From positions 896,001-960,000 of the forward strand of contig OY762428.1 of NCBI GenBank assembly GCA_963665665.1: a DNA stretch of 64,000 nucleotides, given 5' to 3'. Both the position numbers and the translations under genes were made by a program. This document shows positions 42,409 to 52,191 of the stretch, piece by piece; position 1 is the first letter of the stretch, and the number at the start of each line of letters is the position of its first letter. The notes beneath the pieces are model-generated. The model searched no databases, was not told where the DNA came from, and worked only from the letters and a program-made list of their open reading frames with translations. Origin of the DNA: Candidatus Kapaibacterium sp. Lineage in GTDB: Bacteria; Bacteroidota; Ignavibacteria; Kapaibacteriales; UBA2268.

Positions 42409-42915
42409 TTAATAAAAATAATTATTTTTTTGATTTCCAATAAAATCAATTTTTGCCTTAACTTTTTTCCAATTTTTGGAATAAATATAAAATATTGTAT
42501 CATTTTTAGGTTTCATTATCAAATCATATTTGAAGTAACGGGTATATTCTCTGGGTATTCTGATTCTTATTGAATTTGAATCAATTACCTTAATAAAAAA
42601 GTAATTAAAATTCAATAAACTATGATTTATACAAGAATCAAGTGAAATCATTATATTTGAATATGAACTATGATAACTATTTTTTATACTATATATTTGA
42701 CCGATTATTATATAATTTAAAAAGGCTCTATTGCATGAATCAGATACAATACTTTTTTCATTTGATGTTAGGTATCTAATATTGTAAGGTTCACTATACA
42801 TTTCTTCTTCATTAATAATTGATTGTCTAATAACAAAAATGGCAAATACCACCCCAGATATTGCAATGATAAATGTTAAAATTGTAATTAAACATCCATT
42901 TTTTTTCTTTACCAC
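42409..42915 (-). CDS. Putative immunity protein, cassette 7 (N-terminal membrane anchor)
   Basis: Start overlaps the toxin stop; very AT-rich; one TM segment. Confidence 0.7.
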   Translation of the reverse strand: MVKKKNGCLITILTFIIAISGVVFAIFVIRQSIINEEEMYSEPYNIRYLTSNEKSIVSDSCNRAFLNYIIIGQIYSIKNSYHSSYSNIMISLDSCINHSLLNFNYFFIKVIDSNSIRIRIPREYTRYFKYDLIMKPKNDTIFYIYSKNWKKVKAKIDFIGNQKNNYFY

Positions 42916-44219
42916 TAATTACCTCTTAAATAATCTTTAATATCATTAGTAAAATTATTAATATGTGTCCAGGGAAACACCCCTCCAGTCATCATTTCAA
43001 TATGCTTTCCTAATATATTTATTTGACCACTTGTTGAATTCATTAATTCTTTTGTTTTTACAGGATAACGATCTAATAGAAATGATACTGTTTTTGAATA
43101 AACATAATTCAATCGTGAACTTTTCCCTATTCCTACACCAAAACCGAAGCTAAAACCATACCAGTAATCTGCTTTCTCTGGAGGATCATTCCACCATTCA
43201 TATCCTTCTCTTGCAAAATAAGTTGCACCAACAGAAGCACCATATTTCTGAAATATTGCAGCAGATATTGATTGATTGGTGTTCGTTCCAGCAAATGATT
43301 CTGGAGTAATATCACTATCATCGCCTTGCCACCAAGCAGCAAAAGCAGCAGCCTGAATTGAAATATCCGCTCCAGCAATATCTTTAATTTTTAATGGCAT
43401 GTAATTTCCTCCTCCCAATTCTAAGTTCAAGTAGCGATATGGTACAAATGCATAATATCCTTTTGTAAAAATTACAAATGAAGCATCACCTATTGAAGCT
43501 TTTATTCCTGCAGCACTTACAAATGCATTTGCTTCTATTGAAATATCAATTCCAATAGCATCAGGAACATCATATTGATTTAGATTTTTGTATGAACTAT
43601 TTTCAATATCAAATGGTACTTCAAAATTCTTTTTAGCAAATGAATCATGTTCAAACATTATTGAATTACCATTATTGCCAGTTATCGAAATAGTATCCAG
43701 ACCGCTTGGATCTGCAAACCAAATAGGATTACCACTAAAAGAAGAGTATGGGCTTTCCCATTCCTTAACTACCATATCCTGTCGCCACCACTTTACAGTT
43801 CTTGTGTCTAACATCCGAAACTCAGTGTTCAGGCTATTCCCTGCCCCTTTTATCTCATCATCTTTCTCCATGCCGTTAAAGCCCCAGCGGTTGCTGCCGC
43901 CAAAGAAGAACCTGCCTTCCTCCATAAAGCCGAAGGGATAGAAGCTGGCAGCCGTAATGGTATTGGTAAGGAAGCCGCCGCCGCTCGGCTCTTTTATATC
44001 CGAAACAGTGGCGCGCACATTACCAAGGTGGTCAGTCAGGTGGTACTGCTTTTCGCCTACTATGCGGTAAAACTGGCTGCCCCGGTCATACTCCAGTGGA
44101 TCGTACACCAGTTCTTCTTTCGGCTGGCGAATAGCAAACTTACCATGCGCCGCCGAGCCGTATATATCCCACTCGGAGAGGATGGTGTTGGTTTTCAAAG
44201 AACGTATATATAAATTCAC
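42915..44219 (-). CDS. Cassette 7: RHS core tip plus unknown C-terminal toxin domain
   Basis: Intact stub, NPIWFADPSG, then an unrecognised ~260 aa domain. True start uncertain (a TTG inside the boxA-like motif is in frame). Confidence 0.85.
   Translation of the reverse strand: MNLYIRSLKTNTILSEWDIYGSAAHGKFAIRQPKEELVYDPLEYDRGSQFYRIVGEKQYHLTDHLGNVRATVSDIKEPSGGGFLTNTITAASFYPFGFMEEGRFFFGGSNRWGFNGMEKDDEIKGAGNSLNTEFRMLDTRTVKWWRQDMVVKEWESPYSSFSGNPIWFADPSGLDTISITGNNGNSIMFEHDSFAKKNFEVPFDIENSSYKNLNQYDVPDAIGIDISIEANAFVSAAGIKASIGDASFVIFTKGYYAFVPYRYLNLELGGGNYMPLKIKDIAGADISIQAAAFAAWWQGDDSDITPESFAGTNTNQSISAAIFQKYGASVGATYFAREGYEWWNDPPEKADYWYGFSFGFGVGIGKSSRLNYVYSKTVSFLLDRYPVKTKELMNSTSGQINILGKHIEMMTGGVFPWTHINNFTNDIKDYLRGN
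44191..44203 (-). promoter_or_regulatory. boxA-like motif GTTCTTTGAAAAC (cassette 7)
   Basis: Exact 13-mer, 12 bp after the immunity stop. Confidence 0.65.
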
Positions 44220-44986
44220 TGTTTAAATGTTAGGGGAACAACTTTTTTTTCTTCCCTTGAATACAAAGCATCAAAAATATTTTTCATATCAACAGTATCT
44301 CTTTGGCCATTCTTCTCAATTATTTTTTCAAATAAGTAACTACCTCCTATAGTTTCCCAATCTCTATCTCTGAAATAAAATATACCATATTTATTGTTAA
44401 AATAATATTCGGGTACAAAAGGTATTGATCCTTGATTTTTTATACCGTACTCATTTTTGAATATTTTAAATTGAAGATTTGATGAAATTGAAATTTTCTG
44501 GAATTTTTCTAATTGATCATTAATCATTAGAGTATCAATCACCGCAAAAGTACTAAATTGGATATTACCATCTTTATCTAAAAGTCTAATATGATTATAT
44601 AAAGAATCAGTATTTGGATAAAAGTACAAAAGTGAATCATTTGTATTAAATATCTTAAATATATTCCTATCACTTAATTTACCGTGTAATTCATATTGTA
44701 GCTTGTCTTTTTTTATATAAACTGTATCCCGATAATAAATAAGTCCATCAGGCGTATATTTATAACAATTGTTATAATAATCGTAGTGCTTTATTGTATC
44801 AAAATAAAAGTCATTTGAAATTGAATCATATTTCTTGATCAAAGGAATTTCTGACGAACCATAAAAAAAAACTTTTTTTCTTAACAACCAACTTCGATAT
44901 ACTATTTCATCATATTCGTTATCTTCAGAACAGGAAGAAAATAATAAAATGTTAACAAAAAGCAAGATTATCGATTTTTTCACCAT
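44216..44986 (-). CDS. Putative immunity lipoprotein, cassette 6
   Basis: Lipobox LLFSSC; overlaps the toxin stop. Confidence 0.75.
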   Translation of the reverse strand: MVKKSIILLFVNILLFSSCSEDNEYDEIVYRSWLLRKKVFFYGSSEIPLIKKYDSISNDFYFDTIKHYDYYNNCYKYTPDGLIYYRDTVYIKKDKLQYELHGKLSDRNIFKIFNTNDSLLYFYPNTDSLYNHIRLLDKDGNIQFSTFAVIDTLMINDQLEKFQKISISSNLQFKIFKNEYGIKNQGSIPFVPEYYFNNKYGIFYFRDRDWETIGGSYLFEKIIEKNGQRDTVDMKNIFDALYSREEKKVVPLTFKQ

Positions 44987-45945
44987 TTCTTTTTATAACC
45001 TCCTGATTCAAATTTTTTCTTTTTCTCATTTAAATGATCTCTAACAGTATCATCTGGATCTGGTTTATCTTTTATTCTATTTAAATTAATAAATTTTTTG
45101 ATTTCAGCTTTTAACTTTGCAGCTTTTAATATACTAATTATATGTTTGTCATATGTCGTTCCTTTTCTCCAATTCTCAGAATGTAACTTAATATATGCAA
45201 AGTAGTTAAAACACTCAATTTTATTAAAATCATTAAGTTTCTTATTATTTAACATTTCCCAGCCCAATTCCCTAAATTCAAGCCAAAAATATCTCCATTG
45301 ATCACCATGCAAATTTACTTCATGACTCCAAGTATTCACAATTTTTAATAATTGATAATCAGGATAATTATCATATGCAGACCATGCCCACAAATCCTTC
45401 TCAACGCGAAAATTGATTAAAAAGCGCCCATCTTTTTTTAGTTCACCAATGGCTTCACCAGCTCCATCATATTTGGTGTCTTGAATACTAAAATTAGCAT
45501 CCATACCATGATTATGATTCGTACCGTTTTCTTCAGCACTAATTGAAAAATCAATTATTTTTCCTTCCATTTTAAATCCTTCATGAGCATAAGATAATAT
45601 TGTCTTTCTGCCTTGTGGAGTTGATGCCCACAACTCAAATGCTTTCACTTGGATTTTATTCTTCAATTCACCTGTTTTTTCATCATAGTTATAAATTCCA
45701 TCAACATTAGCGCTATCACCCCTCGGATCGCTATAGAAAACAGGATTGTTGTCATATCCGGCATAACGGCTGATTGACGGATTTGGTTTGGGATCCAGGC
45801 TCCACCACCGGCCGCCAATTCTCGGATCATTCAGGCGGAATTCAGTAGTCAGGCTGTTCCCTGCGCCTTTCATCTCATCATCCTTTTCCATGCCGTTAAA
45901 GCCCCACCTGTTGCTGCCGCCAAAGAAGAAGCGGCCTTCCTCCAT
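44980..45945 (-). CDS. Cassette 6: RHS tip plus HExxxH toxin domain (upstream stub disrupted)
   Basis: NPVFYSDPRG and WSHEVNLHG. The stub at 45946-46244 carries a foreign segment at 45952-46053. Confidence 0.8.
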   Translation of the reverse strand: MEEGRFFFGGSNRWGFNGMEKDDEMKGAGNSLTTEFRLNDPRIGGRWWSLDPKPNPSISRYAGYDNNPVFYSDPRGDSANVDGIYNYDEKTGELKNKIQVKAFELWASTPQGRKTILSYAHEGFKMEGKIIDFSISAEENGTNHNHGMDANFSIQDTKYDGAGEAIGELKKDGRFLINFRVEKDLWAWSAYDNYPDYQLLKIVNTWSHEVNLHGDQWRYFWLEFRELGWEMLNNKKLNDFNKIECFNYFAYIKLHSENWRKGTTYDKHIISILKAAKLKAEIKKFINLNRIKDKPDPDDTVRDHLNEKKKKFESGGYKKKW

Positions 45946-46244
45946 AAAACCATTGTCTGAACTATGATTTTTGGGATGGGCAGGATGATTTGGATAATAA
46001 ATTGGAACATCCTATAATCCTTCTTTATCCTATACATCCCAGTGCAGAAAATGGAAACTGTGGCGCGCACATTACCGAGGTGGTCGGTCAGGTGGTATTG
46101 TTTTTCGCCTACTATACGGTAAAAAGCGCTGCCTCGTGGTATTTCACTCGGCGAGTACACAAGTTCTTCCTTCGGCTGGCGAATAGCAAACTTACCATGC
46201 GCCGCCGAGCCGTATATATCCCACTCGGAGAGGATTTTGTGTTG

Positions 46245-46256
46245 GTTTTCAAAAAC
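46245..46256 (-). promoter_or_regulatory. boxA-like variant GTTTTTGAAAAC (cassette 6)
   Basis: One-base deletion variant at the same position in the cassette. Confidence 0.5.
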
Positions 46257-46347
46257 TTTAATACAAAAACACTATGGTAGTAATTAATGACTACAAATAA
46301 TATTATGGCAGAATATCAACGAATATTATCATCTATGATTTCGTTTT

Positions 46348-46710
46348 TTATGAAACTATCTCGCCAAGAATAAAAAGTAATATTATAATCATTAAAAATG
46401 CCATTAGTCTCAAATATAACATACTTTTACTCTGATATTTAAAATCAAATTCTTCTGCAATTTTTTTATGCTTTTCTTTCCATACATACATAAAAAAGTT
46501 TTTAAAAAACAGCAATATATAAGTAACAGTAATTACTATACTTTCAATATCCCATACAATATCAAATATACAGAAAATTAAATAAAACAAATTTATTAAA
46601 AAAACTAATTCAAAAAATGATATTAAAATAATTGTATAAAATTCGATATAAGTTTCTTCGCGACGAAATTTTCTATTGAGATAATAGATTATATAAAATA
46701 TTTCTTTCAT
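46348..46710 (-). CDS. Putative membrane immunity protein, cassette 5
   Basis: 120 aa, about 3 TMs; paralog of 49809-50171. Confidence 0.75.
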   Translation of the reverse strand: MKEIFYIIYYLNRKFRREETYIEFYTIILISFFELVFLINLFYLIFCIFDIVWDIESIVITVTYILLFFKNFFMYVWKEKHKKIAEEFDFKYQSKSMLYLRLMAFLMIIILLFILGEIVS

Positions 46711-46725
46711 AGTGTATGTCCTTAT

Positions 46726-47922
46726 TTAAAAATTGCGGTTTGTTTTTGATATTGGCCGAACCATATTTCCTAATTTTGATCCATCATACTGACTAAAATC
46801 ATAATCCTGATCAAAAATTCGTTCCCATTTTCGAATTGCATCTCCCATTCGTCGAGGAAGATGAACAACTTTACGAATTAATGCCCAATTACCATTTGGA
46901 TAATGTTCATCAGCTCTATACCAATAACGTGCATCGCGAGTATTGCTTAAAGCAAATTTTCCAATAGATAGTGTCAGTCCAGCTGGTGGTGAAATATATG
47001 CAACACCGCTAAACAAACCATCTAATGCAAGATCAGTTCCTGAAATATTATTTTCCCGATATTCATCTAAACTAAGTGCTGTTGAAAGTATAACCAATGA
47101 TGTTCCAATTGTTTTACCAGCTTTGGCAATATTGAATGATGATGATGAACCTAACATTGCAGATCCAATACTTCCAATTAATAAGCCAGCTTGTGCTGCT
47201 TTATTAAATTGATCTTGATCAGTAATTTCAATTAAAATATTTTCTCCATGACCAACAATAACTAAACCCCACTCATCCATCACAGCAGTCCAATACTTAT
47301 CTTCTGGGAATATATCAGCAACTTTTGGTAGACCGTATTTTCCAACAGCCTCTTCAACTCCTGATTGATCAAATCCTGTTATTTTATCAGCCTCAACCGC
47401 AACATCTTCTAATTTTGCATCATTCACCCAATTTCCATCTTGAAAAGTCCAATTAAATCCTTTATAATTACTTCTTGTATCTCCTTCATGTGGTGTTACA
47501 TCTTCTCCTGCGTTATATTTTGAAGTCAGATCTTCGAGTCCAGACGGATCAATAAACAAGATTGGATTATTCCCATATCCACTATAAGGACTCGTCCAGG
47601 GCTTCACAATAGGATCTCTTGACCACCACCTGCCGCCAATTCTCGGGTCATTCATGCGAAATTCCGTGGTCAGGCTGTTCCCTGCCCCTTTTATCTTATC
47701 ATCCTTCTCCATGCCATTAAAGCCCCACCTGTTACCACTACCAAAGAACCTGCCTTCCTCCATGAACCTCCCGATTGTTTTATGGAATTGGAATGCGGTC
47801 GGGATTTCGCTTCGCTCAACAAAGGGATAGAAGCTGGCGGCGGCTTCGCCGCAATTAACAATTGACAATGAACAATTGAAAATGAAGAGAAAAGAACAGC
47901 CGACCCAATTGTTAATTCTCAA
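46726..47922 (-). pseudogene. Cassette 5: RHS tip plus hydrophobic (possibly membrane-active) toxin domain, stub disrupted
   Basis: NPILFIDPSG. The ORF start lies inside the foreign segment 47842-47943; a second insert sits at ~47767-47820. Paralog of cassette 3. Confidence 0.78.
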
Positions 47923-48010
47923 TTTTCAATTTTTAATTGGATACGGCTGGCGAATAGCAAACTTGCCATGCGCCGCCGAGCCATATATATCCCATTCGGA
48001 AAGGATGTGT

Positions 48011-48023
48011 GTTTTCAAAGAAC
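48011..48023 (-). promoter_or_regulatory. boxA-like motif GTTCTTTGAAAAC (cassette 5)
   Basis: Exact 13-mer, 15 bp after the immunity stop. Confidence 0.65.
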
Positions 48024-48038
48024 GGAATTATTTTGATA

Positions 48039-48464
48039 TTAATTTTCAATATAGGTTAATTCAAGATTGTTAATTTTTAACGAATAGTCTAGATTAATCT
48101 TTTGATATAAATCAACACATAAGGATAACTGGTCATTTACTTTAAAAATATACTTAAAAATTTCATCATGAATGATATAAACTTCAGAATAAAAACCATA
48201 TTTATCAAATAAATCTTGAAAAATAATCTCAAAAGATCCACCGATACTTAATGATTTTATTTTATTATTTTCAGTATGTAAAAAAATATTATTAAAAATT
48301 TTATTTTTAGGTTTAATAAAATATGTACCAATTCCATTAATACTATCAATATCACCTAATTGCCTGATTGTTTTCTCTATGTTTTTTGTCTCAACAAGAA
48401 ACAAAAAATAATCAATAAATTTTTGTAATTCTATAATATCAAGTTTAAATAATGTATTTATCAT
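48039..48464 (-). CDS. Putative cytoplasmic immunity protein, cassette 4
   Basis: Starts 2 bp after the toxin stop; no signal peptide. Confidence 0.7.
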   Translation of the reverse strand: MINTLFKLDIIELQKFIDYFLFLVETKNIEKTIRQLGDIDSINGIGTYFIKPKNKIFNNIFLHTENNKIKSLSIGGSFEIIFQDLFDKYGFYSEVYIIHDEIFKYIFKVNDQLSLCVDLYQKINLDYSLKINNLELTYIEN

Positions 48465-48466
48465 AT

Positions 48467-49711
48467 TTAATCCACAATTTCGTATTTGACATTAGGTGAA
48501 AATAATTGAGTTTCACCACCCTTATAAATTTCTCCACTTCCATCTAAAGCTTTAAAATCATTTGCTGTACTTTGCAAGAATTCTGTGTTCTCTAATAGTT
48601 TAATTTTCACTTTTTTTCTATTTTTTAAAGAAATTCCAAGCTTGTTTTTATCTGCTCCCAATTTTGTGAAATAATTTCCAATTTTAACTTCTCCAGTATT
48701 TTTATCTACATAGGCCCATTGCTCAAGTATTGTCCCTTTTTCATAAGGTTTAGTAAATACTGGCTTATCAAAATCTATTCCCATTAAATGACTTGCTCTA
48801 TGATTATCATCCGTAAACCCATTAATTCTATAAAAATTATCAGCCAATGAATATCTCTTGAGGTTTGTTGTTGATTTGATTATTGACTTAAATACTTTCA
48901 TACTATTGTAAATGCAATAAGCAGAAGTTGCAAGATCTGCGGCTCCTCCCCAGAATCTTAAGTGTCCCTCAAAATCAGCATCCACAACATCATAGTGATT
49001 AGTTTCATATATGCCATTGTTTATTGACCAACCGTATGATTTCCCATCGCCTCCAGATGCTCCAGATACACCAATATCACCGAACAATTCATCAGCATTC
49101 GTTAAAAAGTAAACAATTCCATCAACAGTAGCTTCAAAAGTTGCCTTAAGATATGCTACTTCGGCTCTCTTGATATCATCACTTCTGTTTATCGGAAGGA
49201 ATTCCAATCCCTCCAATTCTACACCATCAATGACTCGATTTTCAGAAAACGCGTAGGATGAGTTATGTGGATATTTTGCCGCAATTGGGTCTATGGCGAA
49301 AAATCTTCCGGAACGTGGATCATACATCCTGTATTTATAGTTTATGATGTTTGCAAGGCCACGAATTTCGTCGTCCCGTTCCTGCCCCTGCATGCCCCAG
49401 CGGTTCTTGCCACCGAAGAAGAAGCGCCCTTCCTCCATGAAGCCGAAGGGATAGAAGCTGGCGGCCGTAATGGTATTGGTAAGGAAGCCGCCGCCGCTTG
49501 GCTCTTTTATATCCGAAACGGTGGCGCGCACATTACCGAGGTGGTCAGTCAGGTGGTATTGTTTTTCGCCTACTATCCGGTAAAATGCACTGCCCCTGTC
49601 ATACTCCAGTGGATCGTAAACAAGTTCTTCTTTCGGCTGGCGAATAGCAAACTTACCCTGCGCCGCAGAGCCGTAAATATCCCACTCGGAAAGGATGAGT
49701 GAGGTTTTCAA
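48467..49711 (-). CDS. Cassette 4: RHS tip plus polymorphic toxin type 46 (Ntox46)-like domain
   Basis: SENRVIDGVELEG core end. The CT motifs SHLMGIDFDKPV, EQW, GNYF, LGI, LQSTA and GGETQLF resemble Ntox46 (recognised from memory, no HMM run). Confidence 0.75.
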   Translation of the reverse strand: MKTSLILSEWDIYGSAAQGKFAIRQPKEELVYDPLEYDRGSAFYRIVGEKQYHLTDHLGNVRATVSDIKEPSGGGFLTNTITAASFYPFGFMEEGRFFFGGKNRWGMQGQERDDEIRGLANIINYKYRMYDPRSGRFFAIDPIAAKYPHNSSYAFSENRVIDGVELEGLEFLPINRSDDIKRAEVAYLKATFEATVDGIVYFLTNADELFGDIGVSGASGGDGKSYGWSINNGIYETNHYDVVDADFEGHLRFWGGAADLATSAYCIYNSMKVFKSIIKSTTNLKRYSLADNFYRINGFTDDNHRASHLMGIDFDKPVFTKPYEKGTILEQWAYVDKNTGEVKIGNYFTKLGADKNKLGISLKNRKKVKIKLLENTEFLQSTANDFKALDGSGEIYKGGETQLFSPNVKYEIVD

Positions 49712-49716
49712 AGAAC
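49704..49716 (-). promoter_or_regulatory. boxA-like motif GTTCTTTGAAAAC (cassette 4)
   Basis: Exact 13-mer, 92 bp after the immunity stop. Confidence 0.65.
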
Positions 49717-49808
49717 TTTAATTCAAAAACACAATGGTAGAAATTATTGACAAAAAATAATATTATGGCAAAATATCAACGAATATTATTATCTATGATT
49801 TCGTTATG

Positions 49809-50171
49809 TTATGAAACTATCTCGCCAAGAATAAAAAGTAATATTATAATTATTAAAAATGCCATTAGTCTCAAATATAACATACTCTTACTCTGATATT
49901 TAAAATCAAATTCTTCAGCAATTATTTTATACTTTTCTTTTCTAACATACAGAAAAAAATTTTTAAGATACAACATTAACCAAATTATTGCAACCACAAT
50001 ATTTTCAATATCCCATACAATATCAAATATACAGAAAATTAAATAAAACAAATTTACCAAAAAAAATATTTCGAATAGAGATAGTAAAATAATCGTGTAA
50101 AATTCAACATACGTTTCATCTCTTCGAAATTTTCTATTAAGATAATATATTATATAGAATATTTCTTTCAT
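49809..50171 (-). CDS. Putative membrane immunity protein, cassette 3
   Basis: 120 aa, about 3 TMs; paralog of 46348-46710. Confidence 0.75.
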   Translation of the reverse strand: MKEIFYIIYYLNRKFRRDETYVEFYTIILLSLFEIFFLVNLFYLIFCIFDIVWDIENIVVAIIWLMLYLKNFFLYVRKEKYKIIAEEFDFKYQSKSMLYLRLMAFLIIIILLFILGEIVS

Positions 50172-50229
50172 AATTCTTTCTCCAATTTAATTCAATACAG
50201 TATAAGTAATATTTTAAAATATTGAAAAA

Positions 50230-51372
50230 TTACCAGTTTCGCTTTACTCTATGAGTACGAACCATATTTCCAAGTTCAGATCCTTCATACTGACTTAAAT
50301 CATATTCTTGGTCAAATATCCTTTCCCATTTCCTTATTGCGTTTCCCATTCTTGTTGGAAGAAAAGCATATTTGCGTATCAATGCCCAGTTACCATTTGG
50401 ATAGTGTATATCTGCCCGATACCAATAACGTGAATATATTGAATGACTAAGAGCAAATTTCCCAATTGCTAAGGTTATACCTGCAACTGGACAAAAATAT
50501 GCTACACCTGTGATTCCCAAATCAATTGCAAAATCAGTTTTTGATATATTATTGTTTCTTAGTTCATTTAAACTAATTGCTGTTGACAATATTGCTAATG
50601 AATTTCCCAGAAATTTACTAGCTGTTAAAATATTAGCTTTACTAGAGCTACTTAGTACATTAGACAGAACACCTCCAAGTACTAAACCACCCCCCAAAGC
50701 TGTTTTATATTTATCCTCATCAGTAATTGAAAGTAATATATTATCACCATGACCAACAACAACTAATCCCCACTCATCCATCACAGCAGTCCAATACTTA
50801 TCCTTAGGGAATATATCAGCAACTTTAGATAGACCGTATTTTCCAACAGCTTCTTCAACCCCTGATTGATCAAATCCTGGTTTTTTATCAGTTTCAACCA
50901 CAACATTTTCTGATTTTACATCATTTACCCAATTTCCATCTTGAAAGGTCCAATTATACCCCTTATGATTTTGTCTTGTATCACCTTCATGTGGTGTTAC
51001 ATCTTCTCCTGCATTATATTTCGAAGTCAGATCTTCGAGTCCGGACGGATCAATAAACAAGATTGGATTATTACCATATCCACTATAAGGACTCGTCCAG
51101 GGTTTCACAATTGGATCTCTTGACCACCACCTGCCGCCGATTCTCGGGTCATTCATGCGGAATTCGGTTGTCAGGCTGTTCCCTGCCCCTTTTATCTCGT
51201 CATCCTTTTCCATGCCGTTGAAGCCCCACCTGTTACCACTACCAAAGAACCTGCCTTCCTCCATGAAACCGAAGGGATAGAAGCTGGCGGCGGCTTCGCC
51301 GCAATTAACAATTGACAATGAACAATTGAAAATGAAGAGAAAAGAACAGCCGACCCAATTGTTAATTCTCAA
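50230..51372 (-). pseudogene. Cassette 3: RHS tip plus hydrophobic toxin domain, stub disrupted
   Basis: NPILFIDPSG and Gly-rich hydrophobic helices. The ORF start lies inside the foreign segment 51292-51393. Confidence 0.78.
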
Positions 51373-51462
51373 TTTTCAATTTTTAATTGGCTACGGCTGG
51401 CGAATAGCAAACTTCCCATGCGCCGCCGAGCCGTATATATCCCATTCGGAAAGGATGGTGTT

Positions 51463-51475
51463 GGTTTCAAAGAAC
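51463..51475 (-). promoter_or_regulatory. boxA-like variant GTTCTTTGAAACC (cassette 3)
   Basis: 12/13 match, 21 bp after the immunity stop. Confidence 0.6.
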
Positions 51476-51496
51476 GAAAGAAATATATATTTTAAA

Positions 51497-52177
51497 TCAT
51501 TTATTATTTAAAATTTGATCCAATACATCTTTAGGAAATTTGAAGTCGATATCTTCATTTGAATGAAAGAAACTAGTATCCTTTTTTACCATTTGAATTA
51601 AATTCAATATCTCAGATTCTTTATATGAAGCTCCTTCGATTTTTTTTATTTCATACATGAATCTCATTTTTGTTCCGACATAACAAATGAATCCGATATT
51701 ATCAACATAATAGGCTTCACATGAATGCATAGAATCTGATTTATCAAATAAGAATTTCGATACTTCAATTTCATCGTTAGAATTAATATTGAACAACTTT
51801 GTTTCTAAAAAGATTGATGTTTCTGGTATTACAGGCTTTAGCGAATAAACTATTTTATTCTTCCATTTTATGTACCGAAAATTAAATTCTGTAAAAGTTA
51901 AGGTATCTTTTCTAAAAAGTGATAATGATGTTATTTTATTTGTCGAATCAAACATATTATCATCAATCTTCAATTGATAGTAATGCTTGTATTCAGTCCA
52001 ATTATGGAATGTACATCTATTATAAAACACCCCCGAATTATTTTTATTAACTTCAATAATGAAAGACAAATATCCAGAATATGAATCCTTATATTCGATC
52101 TTAAAAGTTTTAGTATTGTCCTTATCATTACAACATGAAAATAATATTATCATCAATAAAATAAAATAATTTTTCAT
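51497..52177 (-). CDS. Putative immunity lipoprotein, cassette 2
   Basis: Lipobox ILFSC; lies 14 bp after the toxin stop. Confidence 0.75.
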   Translation of the reverse strand: MKNYFILLMIILFSCCNDKDNTKTFKIEYKDSYSGYLSFIIEVNKNNSGVFYNRCTFHNWTEYKHYYQLKIDDNMFDSTNKITSLSLFRKDTLTFTEFNFRYIKWKNKIVYSLKPVIPETSIFLETKLFNINSNDEIEVSKFLFDKSDSMHSCEAYYVDNIGFICYVGTKMRFMYEIKKIEGASYKESEILNLIQMVKKDTSFFHSNEDIDFKFPKDVLDQILNNK

Positions 52178-52191
52178 AACTTCCTTTAATA

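Noticed and set aside
45870-46160. 96-aa ORF (and 41999-42376) as a real small protein family
   Set aside because: Chimeras of RHS stub and the 102-bp repeat element read through a frameshift.
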